A stretch of 64,000 nt of DNA from a virus, in the IMG/VR virus record IMGVR_UViG_3300005289_000003, positions 22,445-86,444 of that record; one strand, given 5' to 3'. The position numbers and the translations under genes are program-made. The notes below the pieces were generated by a model. That model saw only the letters and a program-made list of their open reading frames with translations, was not told the DNA's origin and ran no database searches. The number at the start of each line of letters is the position of its first letter. Positions within the stretch are counted from its first letter, which is position 1. Positions 1-7,842 of the stretch are shown here, one piece after another.

Positions 1-254
1 TGGCTTCCCTGGGGGCTGGTAAGCCGAGCATGAAGGTAATGAATGGAAAGCACTAGACGGGCAGTGGGCGCGATAGCTGCCAACCTAGTAAGTAAGCCGC
101 CCCCCGGCTTTCACTGAACGGTGAACCAAAACGCGCTAAGGGAACCTAGTCCGTTTACGGTATGGGAGCGGGCCACGTCCTAGGTGAGGGTTTAGAGGAC
201 ATTCCCCGTGGGGTCTGTTTGCAGGCTTAAAACCACAAACCCACGGGGCTTCAT

Positions 255-326
255 GCGGTCATAGCTCAATTGGCAGAGCGCCAGACTTCCAATCTGGTGA
301 CCGGGGTTCAATTCCCCGTGGCCGTT
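255..326 (+). tRNA. tRNA-Gly(TCC)
   Basis: Cloverleaf; acceptor GCGGTCA/TGGCCGT, anticodon arm CCAGA-CT-TCC-AA-TCTGG, T loop TTCAATT; no encoded CCA. Confidence 0.95.
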
Positions 327-578
327 CTGTTCCCCATAGGTCCGGCAGACTAAAGGGGAACCGTCTATCCACCTTAGACGTTAAATATGCGTGGTTTATC
401 CCTGCCAATTGGTTAGGGGTACGTCTTTCTCCTCTGACGTTAAACGAGGATGACGGCCGATGGTACGGCGGTTTGCATTGCTGTCTGGGAGTGGGTACCC
501 AGATGGAACCGACACGAGTTAAACCCATATAGGGAGTGGTCGGACCGTACCACCATAAGCTTCAAAGGAGGAGTATAG

Positions 579-809
579 ATGGTTACCATTTACTTCCCTG
601 CCTACACAGCTAAGTTCAAGCTTCAGGATCGGGTTTACCTGACCAACAAGATTTCATCAGGTCTGGGGACTGTAGTCGGCATCCACGCTCCATGGTCGAT
701 TGGCTTTGTAAGCGTTGGCGTTCGATACTCCGTCTCCTGGGATCGGAACAGGAAGACTCTCAACGGTCCGGCCATGGAATCCGAAGAGGAATTGTCTAAG
801 GTGATCTGA
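579..809 (+). CDS. hypothetical protein
   Basis: Strong SD AAGGAGGAG before ATG; TGATG coupling to next ORF. Confidence 0.75.
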   Translation: MVTIYFPAYTAKFKLQDRVYLTNKISSGLGTVVGIHAPWSIGFVSVGVRYSVSWDRNRKTLNGPAMESEEELSKVI

Positions 810-1030
810 TGCCCAGAGCTAAGGCGACTCATCCTTTCCACCTGGTTCAGGTCGGTATTCCTTCGTACAACCCGCTAGAAGAGAAGCCTGTCTTGCGCAT
901 CACTGCGATAGACGAAAAAGACGGCAGGTTATTGGAGGGAGACTTCACCCCAGAGGAATTTAGAGTCTGGGCAGCCTCCTTGAACAAGTGGGCTGATCTA
1001 TACGACGATATGGTTAGTCGCAAGAAGTAA
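809..1030 (+). CDS. hypothetical protein
   Basis: Stop/start overlap with upstream ORF. Confidence 0.7.
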   Translation: MPRAKATHPFHLVQVGIPSYNPLEEKPVLRITAIDEKDGRLLEGDFTPEEFRVWAASLNKWADLYDDMVSRKK

Positions 1031-1095
1031 TACTTGTGGTCCCGATGAAAATAGCCACTAGTGCCACGGTCAAGGTTCGGGATAGCCGTTGGTAT

Positions 1096-1168
1096 GGGGT
1101 CATAGCTCAGATGGAAGAGCGGAGCACTGAAAATGCTCAGGTCCGTGGTTCGATTCCACGTGTCCCCA
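1096..1168 (+). tRNA. tRNA-Phe(GAA)
   Basis: Anticodon arm GAGCA-CT-GAA-AA-TGCTC, T loop TTCGATT. Confidence 0.93.
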
Positions 1169-1218
1169 CGGGAGGCCCTGAGAGGGCTCCTAACAAGATC
1201 ACCTTTGAAGGGGGTGTC

Positions 1219-1629
1219 ATGGCAGCGTCAGCAACCCCTCGGGTCCGTACGGCCCGTTCAGGGGCTTCCAAGAAGGCAGCTACACCAGTAGCCGACCCCA
1301 TGGTTGTGGAGATGGACTTCAAGCCAAGTTCCGGGGCACGCTTCGTCTACGATCCGGAAGACATTCCGAAGATTGTGATGGCCTTTGAGGGGCTACACGC
1401 GATCCTCTCGGCTGAATTCCTGGCAGAGGCCAAGACTCCGGATATCGTCAAGGTTCTGGTAGACAACGGCTATACCCTGTCGACCACCAGTGACCCGAAG
1501 TATGGGGCACTGTATGAAGGCCCGTTCATCACCTTGACCTACAAGAAGACTCTTCTTCGTCTGTCCGTGGTGGTTACCAAGGACAGCATCAAGGCAGACT
1601 TCCGGACCTATTACGAGACCAGAGGATAA
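1219..1629 (+). CDS. hypothetical protein
   Basis: ORF 1036-1629; start moved to ATG 1219 (GAAGGGGG SD) to avoid overlap with tRNA-Phe. Confidence 0.7.
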   Translation: MAASATPRVRTARSGASKKAATPVADPMVVEMDFKPSSGARFVYDPEDIPKIVMAFEGLHAILSAEFLAEAKTPDIVKVLVDNGYTLSTTSDPKYGALYEGPFITLTYKKTLLRLSVVVTKDSIKADFRTYYETRG

Positions 1630-1811
1630 GTTTCCTTCAGGGAATTGATGCCCCAGGATTTGCGCCATGCGTCCTGGGAGTCCCTGAAGGAGCGGCAGGG
1701 AAGGAAGCGCGGGCAATCCCCCACACGTGCCCGTGAGACTCTGGCTCCCCGTGGTTCCCTGATTGGACGACAGGGTTAATCTTCGTGGTAGCTTCCTTCC
1801 CTGTCAGTTAG

Positions 1812-1887
1812 GCCCCTGTAGCCAAGTTCGGGGAAGGCATCCGTCTTATACGCGGAAGATACGTTGGTTCAAATCCAACCAGGGGTA
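1812..1887 (+). tRNA. tRNA-Ile(TAT)
   Basis: Acceptor GCCCCTG/CAGGGGT, anticodon arm TCCGT-CT-TAT-AC-GCGGA, T loop TTCAAAT. Confidence 0.88.
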
Positions 1888-1926
1888 CTGTTTTTGACCT
1901 ATCCACTTACCCTAGGGAATCATTTA

Positions 1927-2046
1927 GTGAAGCACACGCACACGTGCCAGAATGCAGACTGTAAGAAAGTGTTCTACTGTACTGGCACGGGAGAACACCA
2001 GAGTGAATGCACGCATTGTGGAAACAAATATACCTTCACAAGCTAG
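1927..2046 (+). CDS. small Cys/His zinc-ribbon protein (39 aa)
   Basis: MKHTHTCQNADCKKVFYC...CTHCG; paralogous to the adjacent ORF. Confidence 0.65.
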   Translation: MKHTHTCQNADCKKVFYCTGTGEHQSECTHCGNKYTFTS

Positions 2047-2056
2047 GGGTTAATGG

Positions 2057-2188
2057 GTGGCTTCTCACTCGCACACATGTCAGAACACGTCATGTGGCAA
2101 GACGTTCCAATGCAATAAGGTAGGACCCCACACGTTGGCGTGTCCTGATTGTGGTTCCGATACATCAGGCCACACGCACGCTCACTAA
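2057..2188 (+). CDS. small Cys/His zinc-ribbon protein (43 aa, not in ORF track)
   Basis: MASHSHTCQNTSCGKTFQC...CPDCG; shares HxHTCQNxxCxKxFxC...HxxxCxxCG with the previous ORF. Confidence 0.65.
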   Translation: MASHSHTCQNTSCGKTFQCNKVGPHTLACPDCGSDTSGHTHAH

Positions 2189-2196
2189 TTTCATAA

Positions 2197-2269
2197 TCCC
2201 CTGTGGTCTAATCTGGCAAGACATCGGATTTTGGTTCCGATCATCTAGGTTCAAATCCTGGCAGGGGAG
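2197..2269 (+). tRNA. tRNA-Gln(TTG)
   Basis: Acceptor TCCCCTG/CAGGGGA, anticodon arm TCGGA-TT-TTG-GT-TCCGA. Confidence 0.93.
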
Positions 2270-2294
2270 CGGCATTGCGAAAGGAGGATTGCGA

Positions 2295-2891
2295 ATGCCG
2301 GGTTTCAACCCTGATGGCTCTTATAGAGTCTTTGATTCTGAAGCGGAAAGACTAGAAAACCAAGAGGCTGTAAGAAGAATCATTCAGGGTTTGCACACCA
2401 AGTATCCTGACCCGAGGGTAAGCCCACGTCCGGGTAATCCTGAAAAATGGGTTGGGAGTCTGAAGATGCCCAAAAAGATAGAGTTCAAAGATGGTGTGTT
2501 CCAATACGTGGGACCGCCAACCAAATCGGAAGGTACTGAAAACAAAATGGCGCGTGACAGTGGTATGGACGTCAAGAGCTACAGCCCGTCGGACCCCAAG
2601 TTCGCCAGTGACGAGACTCCTTTCGAAGTCGGCCAGATCATCTCCATCGTGGGTCGCCACGGCGAGAGCGGTACCCACCTGCTGATCACGGACGTTCAGG
2701 CAGACACGGAGGTTCGTCACGAGGGTTCACCGGTCGGTGGCACCTACTACACCGGCTACGCTTCCAACGATTACGACCGTTCCACCCAGGTCATCAAGGT
2801 GGAGAACGGCACGGCCGTGACCGTGTGGACCGAGTACGACGTTCCGGTTACCCCGAAGGGTCTCCAGTCGCTTTCCTTCCCGAAGCGGTGA
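2295..2891 (+). CDS. hypothetical protein (possible internal start at 2547)
   Basis: SD AAGGAGG before ATG 2295; the part from ATG 2547 is strongly biased to C/G-ending codons. Confidence 0.7.
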   Translation: MPGFNPDGSYRVFDSEAERLENQEAVRRIIQGLHTKYPDPRVSPRPGNPEKWVGSLKMPKKIEFKDGVFQYVGPPTKSEGTENKMARDSGMDVKSYSPSDPKFASDETPFEVGQIISIVGRHGESGTHLLITDVQADTEVRHEGSPVGGTYYTGYASNDYDRSTQVIKVENGTAVTVWTEYDVPVTPKGLQSLSFPKR

Positions 2892-2980
2892 CCCTGACCT
2901 GATACCCAGGTCTAGATAAGCTCCTACCGGTCGACAGACGACATAAGCCCTGTTACGGCAACGTCGGGCCGGTAGGTCTA

Positions 2981-3052
2981 GCCTCTATAGCTCAACGGAT
3001 AGAGCACCGTGCTACGAACGCGGGTGTCCAGGTTCGATTCCTGGTAGAGGTA
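2981..3052 (+). tRNA. tRNA-Arg(ACG)
   Basis: Anticodon arm CCGTG-CT-ACG-AA-CGCGG. Confidence 0.93.
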
Positions 3053-3218
3053 CGCAATAAAACTTCCAGCAATGGCTATAGGGTCGATCCGGACGTCTCC
3101 CGGTAGGTTGCTGGTTGGCTTGTATGACACGGGTGAGCAATTGCTATTGTGGAACTTGCCTCCACAAAGAACCAACCCTCCCAAGGCATGGGCTCAGAAT
3201 GGTTGGCCGTGTCATTAT

Positions 3219-3292
3219 TCCCCGTTAGCTCAACTAGGCAGAGCAACGCACTGTTAATGCGTCGGTTGAATGTTCGAATCATTCACGGGGAG
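3219..3292 (+). tRNA. tRNA-Asn(GTT)
   Basis: Acceptor TCCCCGT/ACGGGGA, anticodon arm ACGCA-CT-GTT-AA-TGCGT. Confidence 0.93.
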
Positions 3293-3295
3293 CCT

Positions 3296-3442
3296 AGTCC
3301 CCAATGCGTCAAACTGATTGCCGATATTTGTAAGGTCGTGGTATCGCAGCATGAGGCAAGGTAGGTTGTAGCTATGTTTTCGCACCTTGGACATAGTTAT
3401 ACGGTGCTCCTAACCAATAGACCTTCCTGCGCATTGGGGACT
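3296..3442 (+). ncRNA. putative structured ncRNA closed by a 13-bp stem
   Basis: AGTCCCCAATGCG (3296-3308) pairs with CGCATTGGGGACT (3430-3442); internal hairpin; no plausible ORF. Confidence 0.45.
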
Positions 3443-3477
3443 TCAAAGCATCCTGACGTCAGTCAGGAGCGAAGCAT

Positions 3478-3724
3478 CCTAGGGAGAGTGATACGCCAAC
3501 ACCACTAATACGTGTCCCGTGAGCCCTAGGTAAGTCGGGACGTTGGCAGATTGGGTAAAAGGGCAAGCTTCCGTTTAGGTGGTGACAGCCGAGAGAAGAA
3601 GCCTGGGCACCCTAGGGTTAGATGAGGCAATATAGCGTTGACCTGACCCGTAGGACTGTCACCCTGTAGCGCGATGGAAGAATACGCATGCGCGATAGTC
3701 GTACTTCTAGGGTGCCACCCAATC
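3478..3724 (+). ncRNA. putative multi-pseudoknot ncRNA
   Basis: Six complementary segment pairs of 6-10 bp, several crossing (see findings). Confidence 0.45.
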
Positions 3725-3741
3725 GTTACATTGGAGACTAA

Positions 3742-4074
3742 ATGATAAAGTTTGGTGTCTTTGCTAAGACATTGGAAGAAGCCTGGTTCAAGGCTCACAA
3801 CGAAGCAAAGCTCTTCTTCGGTGAGTCCAGGGTTCATAGCGTCAGGTTTCTGGGTGGCACCAAAGAAGATGATGACGCCTATTACTGCACCTTTGCCGCA
3901 GACTTGGTAAATGATGCGGATGCGGTTTCTGAGTACTACCCAACGGGTCGGCCATCTTCTCCGCCACCTTTCGAACCTCTGACTACTCCTCTGCCACTCT
4001 TGGAGGCCACGGCGATAATCGGGCCTACCACAGAGGAAAGAGAAGTCCTCAGAGTCAGCTATACAACCGAATAG
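3742..4074 (+). CDS. hypothetical protein
   Basis: GGAG SD and ORF. Confidence 0.65.
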   Translation: MIKFGVFAKTLEEAWFKAHNEAKLFFGESRVHSVRFLGGTKEDDDAYYCTFAADLVNDADAVSEYYPTGRPSSPPPFEPLTTPLPLLEATAIIGPTTEEREVLRVSYTTE

Positions 4075-4081
4075 ATGGCTT

Positions 4082-4166
4082 GCCATGGATGCACGCATGG
4101 GACGTGCGCCAGTCTGTAGAACTGGTGTCTAACAAGGCTAAGTAGGTTCGATTCCTACCCGTGGCA
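4082..4166 (+). tRNA. tRNA-Tyr(GTA), atypical D arm
   Basis: Anticodon arm CCAGT-CT-GTA-GA-ACTGG, long variable arm, 5-bp D stem GCACG/CGTGC, A at position 8. Confidence 0.85.
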
Positions 4167-4168
4167 CT

Positions 4169-4275
4169 GGAGACAATGAGGATAGAGCAGAGTCCCTAAC
4201 CCGTAAGGGTGGGACGGTTTCCATAGCTGGCCACCGGCGAAACTCTGCTTTCACGGTTCAATTCCGGAGTCTCCT
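4169..4275 (+). ncRNA. tRNA-like element A (acceptor and T arm; long helix in place of D/anticodon arms)
   Basis: GGAGAC/GTCTCC; TCACGG-TTCAATT-CCGGA; related to element B at 6042. Confidence 0.6.
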
Positions 4276-4301
4276 CTATTCAAAAACTATAAGGAGTATT
4301 T

Positions 4302-4511
4302 GTGGGCAGAGCTACACACACGACAACCACGATTAGGCGAATCATTGTTGGTCAAGAGTTCTATCTCTCTATCGACGGAGTCACCGCTTACAAGCTCCTG
4401 ACCAAGTCAGACATTGGTGGAGCAAGCTACAACGTCACCTTCAAGCGTGCAGACAATGAAGGTGAAACCGAGCATGGAGACTGGCCGTACAACACCAAGG
4501 TCTACATCTGA
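4302..4511 (+). CDS. hypothetical small protein
   Basis: AAGGAG SD before GTG. Confidence 0.7.
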   Translation: MGRATHTTTTIRRIIVGQEFYLSIDGVTAYKLLTKSDIGGASYNVTFKRADNEGETEHGDWPYNTKVYI

Positions 4512-4816
4512 CGGGGTCATGCCTGTTGGCCCGTTGCTGGTGAGCCTGTAGGCGAGCGGAGCACACCAGCCCAAAGAGGCTCACCTTTGCAGGGGTAGAG
4601 CCTCAATAGGTGGCCCCCGTGACGGTACCCAGAAGCCACGTGGTAGGGCTCTGGTGAGCTACCGGGGGCAGAGGCCCTAGGTTGTGTTCCAGCCCTTCCT
4701 AGGGCCTCTCAGACGTCTCTGTGGGAGCTTCCCTGTCCCCCCGTCAGGGCCACAGAGACAGGGGGAACCCTGGTGGGTTCCACTCCCCCCGGAATTCCTA
4801 GGGTTCCCCCGTTCAA

Positions 4817-4889
4817 GCGTCGTTAGCTTAATTGGTAGAGCTACGGTCTCCAAAACCGTCAGGTGAGGGTTCGAATCCCTTGCGGCGTG
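4817..4889 (+). tRNA. tRNA-Trp(CCA)
   Basis: Anticodon arm ACGGT-CT-CCA-AA-ACCGT. Confidence 0.92.
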
Positions 4890-4908
4890 CTCCAAAGGAG
4901 GAAACTAT

Positions 4909-5034
4909 ATGAGCAAAAATATATCTGGTATGGAGTGTGGCTGCATGCTGGTTATTGAGTACGGTAAAGCGCCGTACATCATCAGGCACGCTAATTGCAA
5001 GAAGGCCCACGGCACACCAGAGAAGAAGAATTGA
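4909..5034 (+). CDS. small CGC...CxxxH protein (41 aa, not in ORF track)
   Basis: AAGGAGG SD; MSKNISGMECGCMLVIEYGKAPYIIRHANCKKAH; paralog at 6843. Confidence 0.7.
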   Translation: MSKNISGMECGCMLVIEYGKAPYIIRHANCKKAHGTPEKKN

Positions 5035-5035
5035 C

Positions 5036-5539
5036 ATGACCATGTCAGATGCCGATCACATGCACCCGCATGTGGCTAGGGCTCTTCACGATGCTTTGAA
5101 GAGTGGGGACTACAAGCAAGGTCACAACTTCCTTCACAAGGTAATGAAGGACATAGGTGATCTTTACTGCTGCTTGGGTGTCCTTTGCCGGCTAGCCATT
5201 AACGCTGGCGTAGTGGTTCCTCAGGAAGAGTTCAATCTAGGGAACGGCAATCAGGTAGTCATCAAGTATGAAGGTGATGACGGGTGGCTTGGCCTGATAG
5301 TCAGTGAGTGGGCCGGAAAGCACGCTACTCCTTCTTATAGGCTTCCTCTCTGGTACGACGAAGAGAAGAAGATTCCTTTTGCTGGGGACCTTGACGAAGA
5401 AATGGACCGTATTACTCTGGCCATCTTGAATGATGGAGATAGCAATAGGTTCCATGGTCTGACATTCTCTCAAATAGCCGACATCGTTTTGTTCATGTGG
5501 GGATACGGCGATGAAGACGAAGTATCGGCTAACGATTAG
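5036..5539 (+). CDS. conserved phage hypothetical protein (YCCLGVLC motif)
   Basis: LKSGDYKQG...YCCLGVLC...LND...TFSQIAD pattern recalled from phage hypotheticals. Confidence 0.75.
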   Translation: MTMSDADHMHPHVARALHDALKSGDYKQGHNFLHKVMKDIGDLYCCLGVLCRLAINAGVVVPQEEFNLGNGNQVVIKYEGDDGWLGLIVSEWAGKHATPSYRLPLWYDEEKKIPFAGDLDEEMDRITLAILNDGDSNRFHGLTFSQIADIVLFMWGYGDEDEVSAND

Positions 5540-5670
5540 ACGGAGTAACGGAAGACTCGTTCGCGAATACGGCAACCTGAGCAAGTACGCGGCTAAAGTC
5601 CGTAGAGATGAACTAGAAGACAAATACGATTCCGGCTATTACGTCGAATTGACACCCGATAGGAAACCCA

Positions 5671-5958
5671 ATGCTGAATAATCCAGGTCTCGTCTACGTC
5701 TGCTACATGGTCAGTGGGGACCAGGAGCCACGGCCCATCAAGGTGGGTCTGACGTATGACGAAGCCTTGAAGGAAGTCAACGCGAATAAGAGGGCTGTCA
5801 AAACCGTACTCAGGTTCGCGTGGATCGCTGGCCTGTTCAGTAAGGAAGCGCGCAAGAACATGCAAACCCTGAAGGGTGTGAAGTACTACATCACGGGGTA
5901 CCGGCCCACGGCGGTCAACAACCTTGCCACGGTGGATGAGGAGTGGGCAGAACAATAA
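5671..5958 (+). CDS. hypothetical protein
   Basis: ORF with phage-like codon usage. Confidence 0.65.
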   Translation: MLNNPGLVYVCYMVSGDQEPRPIKVGLTYDEALKEVNANKRAVKTVLRFAWIAGLFSKEARKNMQTLKGVKYYITGYRPTAVNNLATVDEEWAEQ

Positions 5959-5966
5959 GGAAATAA

Positions 5967-6039
5967 GCCCCATTAGCTCAGTGGACAGAGCGACACCCTT
6001 CTAAGGTGAAGGCCGTAGGTTCGACTCCTACATGGGGTA
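5967..6039 (+). tRNA. tRNA-Arg(TCT)
   Basis: Acceptor GCCCCAT/ATGGGGT, anticodon loop CT-TCT-AA. Confidence 0.92.
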
Positions 6040-6041
6040 CG

Positions 6042-6140
6042 GGGGCACGATGTGGAAACGCGGGGAAGTAGGAAACAGTTTCTTCCTCCTTTATGTTTCC
6101 TATGATGACCGTTGTCACGGTTCGATTCCGGGGTGCCCCT
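6042..6140 (+). ncRNA. tRNA-like element B
   Basis: GGGGCAC/GTGCCCC; TCACGG-TTCGATT-CCGGG; followed by TCTATTCA as in element A. Confidence 0.6.
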
Positions 6141-6516
6141 CTATTCACTCTGAAGAGTGACCTGTAAGCACACCTATAAGTAGACTCTCCCTTCTGTCTG
6201 GCAGGATAAGAGCCACGGCTAGCATGCTGTCTGTGGTGACTGAAACTGCCCCGTACGCGGAGAATGGCAAAGGGAGCGCATGTCACGCCACTGTGGATGA
6301 GTCATAGCCCTACCGAGTGCGCCGGTTCTAAGGGGTTAGGCGTTCGTCCGGAAGAGCGCTGGAACGAATGAGGGCCTACTAGGTGGAGTCGATTGGACTA
6401 CTCGGGTCAGGTTGTCTAGGGTCTTAGAGCTGACGCAACCTGATGCAAAAGGGACGGGTAGGAGACTGAGAAGCCGATAATGTAGGCCCTCATTTGTTTT
6501 GTCCAAAGGAGGAAAA

Positions 6517-6843
6517 ATGACAGATTTCATTATTGGCTGGATTCTTCCACCATTGATGGTTATCGTGCTAGTAATCATGAATGTGTGTGGATACATGACA
6601 AAGAAGGGATACGATAAATACGTATGCCTGTCATGGGGAATAATGGCTATTTATTCTCTCGTCAAGGTTGATATCGGCGGGATAATCATCTACCTTACTT
6701 TTTCTCTTTATCACGGTTACAAGTGGTGGAAGAACCGCAAGGATGACGACTGGACCGACAAGGGTAACAAGCCAAAGCGGAAGCGTTCCCGTAACTGGGT
6801 TCCGAAGCTAAAGAACCCTGAACCAACAAAGTCGGTGGTGTAG
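6517..6843 (+). CDS. membrane protein
   Basis: AAGGAGG SD; hydrophobic segments and a basic tail. Confidence 0.75.
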   Translation: MTDFIIGWILPPLMVIVLVIMNVCGYMTKKGYDKYVCLSWGIMAIYSLVKVDIGGIIIYLTFSLYHGYKWWKNRKDDDWTDKGNKPKRKRSRNWVPKLKNPEPTKSVV

Positions 6844-6944
6844 TGGCGACCGAGAAGCGTCCGCTAAGTTGCGGTTGTGTCCTGGTATTCGTGGATGGCA
6901 AGTTTTCACATCAGGACGTTAAGAACTGCAACAGAGGGCATTAG
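6843..6944 (+). CDS. small CGC...CxxxH protein (33 aa, not in ORF track)
   Basis: TAGTG coupling; MATEKRPLSCGCVLVFVDGKFSHQDVKNCNRGH. Confidence 0.65.
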   Translation: MATEKRPLSCGCVLVFVDGKFSHQDVKNCNRGH

Positions 6945-7038
6945 TTATTAATGGGTGGGCGAGGAAGACACCGCGCGTGGTCGGTGCTTGGAAACCGCCC
7001 TATGCCTCTGCACCAGATAGCCAGAGGTAGCCACGCAT

Positions 7039-7125
7039 GGGGAGTTGGCAGAGTGGCCGAATGCACTAGTCTTGAAAACTAGAGGGGCCTTAAAACCCCC
7101 AAGGGTTCAAATCCCTTACTCCCTT
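7039..7125 (+). tRNA. tRNA-Ser(TGA)
   Basis: Anticodon arm CTAGT-CT-TGA-AA-ACTAG, long variable arm. Confidence 0.92.
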
Positions 7126-7126
7126 C

Positions 7127-7237
7127 GTGATACAAGAAGATGGTTGTACCTGCTGCGAGGATGGCGGGTTTACCGAGGGATATGGTAATAGCCATCGGTG
7201 CGGCAATTGTGGACACACTGAAGGAGCCCATAAGTAA
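7127..7237 (+). CDS. CxCC micro zinc-finger paralog 1 (36 aa)
   Basis: MIQEDGCTCCEDGGFTEGYGNSHRCGNCGHTEGAHK. Confidence 0.7.
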   Translation: MIQEDGCTCCEDGGFTEGYGNSHRCGNCGHTEGAHK

Positions 7238-7377
7238 TGGCCGAATGTACCTGTTGCACAAATGGTGCCTTTGTTGAAGGACTCAACCCGAACCTGTGTA
7301 ACAACTGCTTTCACCTGAAGTCGCTTCACTCCATCGTGGTGAGCTTCTTCAAGTTCTGGAATAGGATTAGCTTCTGA
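7237..7377 (+). CDS. CxCC micro zinc-finger paralog 2 (46 aa)
   Basis: TAATG coupling, AAGGAG SD; MAECTCCTNGAFVEGLNPNLCNNCFHLKSLH... Confidence 0.8.
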   Translation: MAECTCCTNGAFVEGLNPNLCNNCFHLKSLHSIVVSFFKFWNRISF

Positions 7378-7490
7378 TGGGTGTCTGTATCTGCTGCCTC
7401 TTTGGTGACTTCAAGGGTGGTGGCGAAAAGGACATCAAGGATATATGCGGGTGTGGCCATCACAGGAAAGACCACCAGAAGAGGTTTTAA
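7377..7490 (+). CDS. CxCC micro zinc-finger paralog 3 (37 aa)
   Basis: TGATG coupling; MGVCICCLFGDFKGGGEKDIKDICGCGHHRKDH. Confidence 0.8.
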   Translation: MGVCICCLFGDFKGGGEKDIKDICGCGHHRKDHQKRF

Positions 7491-7603
7491 TGTTCTTCTT
7501 TCTCTTCGGAGCATGTAGTTGCTGCTTGGCAGGCTCCTTCTCTGAGGGTGGCAACGACGGTAAGTGCTCCCTCTGCAATCACACGTACGGAGCACACACC
7601 TAG
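7490..7603 (+). CDS. CxCC micro zinc-finger paralog 4 (37 aa)
   Basis: TAATG coupling; MFFFLFGACSCCLAGSFSEGGNDGKCSLCNHTYGAHT. Confidence 0.8.
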   Translation: MFFFLFGACSCCLAGSFSEGGNDGKCSLCNHTYGAHT

Positions 7604-7608
7604 AAATA

Positions 7609-7697
7609 GGTAGGGTGGCAGAGTGGCCTATTGCGCGTCCCTGCTAAGGACGTAAGGGAACAACACACCTTCCAGGGTTCGAATCCCTGCCCTACCG
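7609..7697 (+). tRNA. tRNA-Ser(GCT)
   Basis: Anticodon arm CGTCC-CT-GCT-AA-GGACG, long variable arm. Confidence 0.93.
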
Positions 7698-7725
7698 CGC
7701 ACCATTAAAAAGGAGGAAATAAAGG

Positions 7726-7842
7726 ATGCTTTGGTACCTATTTGCAGGTTGCTACTGTTGCTTCATCGGTGACTTCATCGAGAGTGATAGCGACCGGAAA
7801 ACCTGCAAGAGATGTACGCATGTGAGGGGTGCTCATTCTTAA
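7726..7842 (+). CDS. CxCC micro zinc-finger paralog 5 (38 aa)
   Basis: AAGGAGG SD; MLWYLFAGCYCCFIGDFIESDSDRKTCKRCTHVRGAHS. Confidence 0.8.
   Translation: MLWYLFAGCYCCFIGDFIESDSDRKTCKRCTHVRGAHS

Noticed and set aside
259-528. Minus-strand ORFs across tRNA genes (also 2978-3184, 4677-4895, 5978-6286, 14443-14694)
   Set aside because: Typical antisense-to-tRNA pseudo-ORFs (GIEP, DSN motifs).
6042-6140. tmRNA
   Set aside because: Only about 100 nt, with no G3:U70 pair and no tag reading frame. I found no complete tmRNA in the window.
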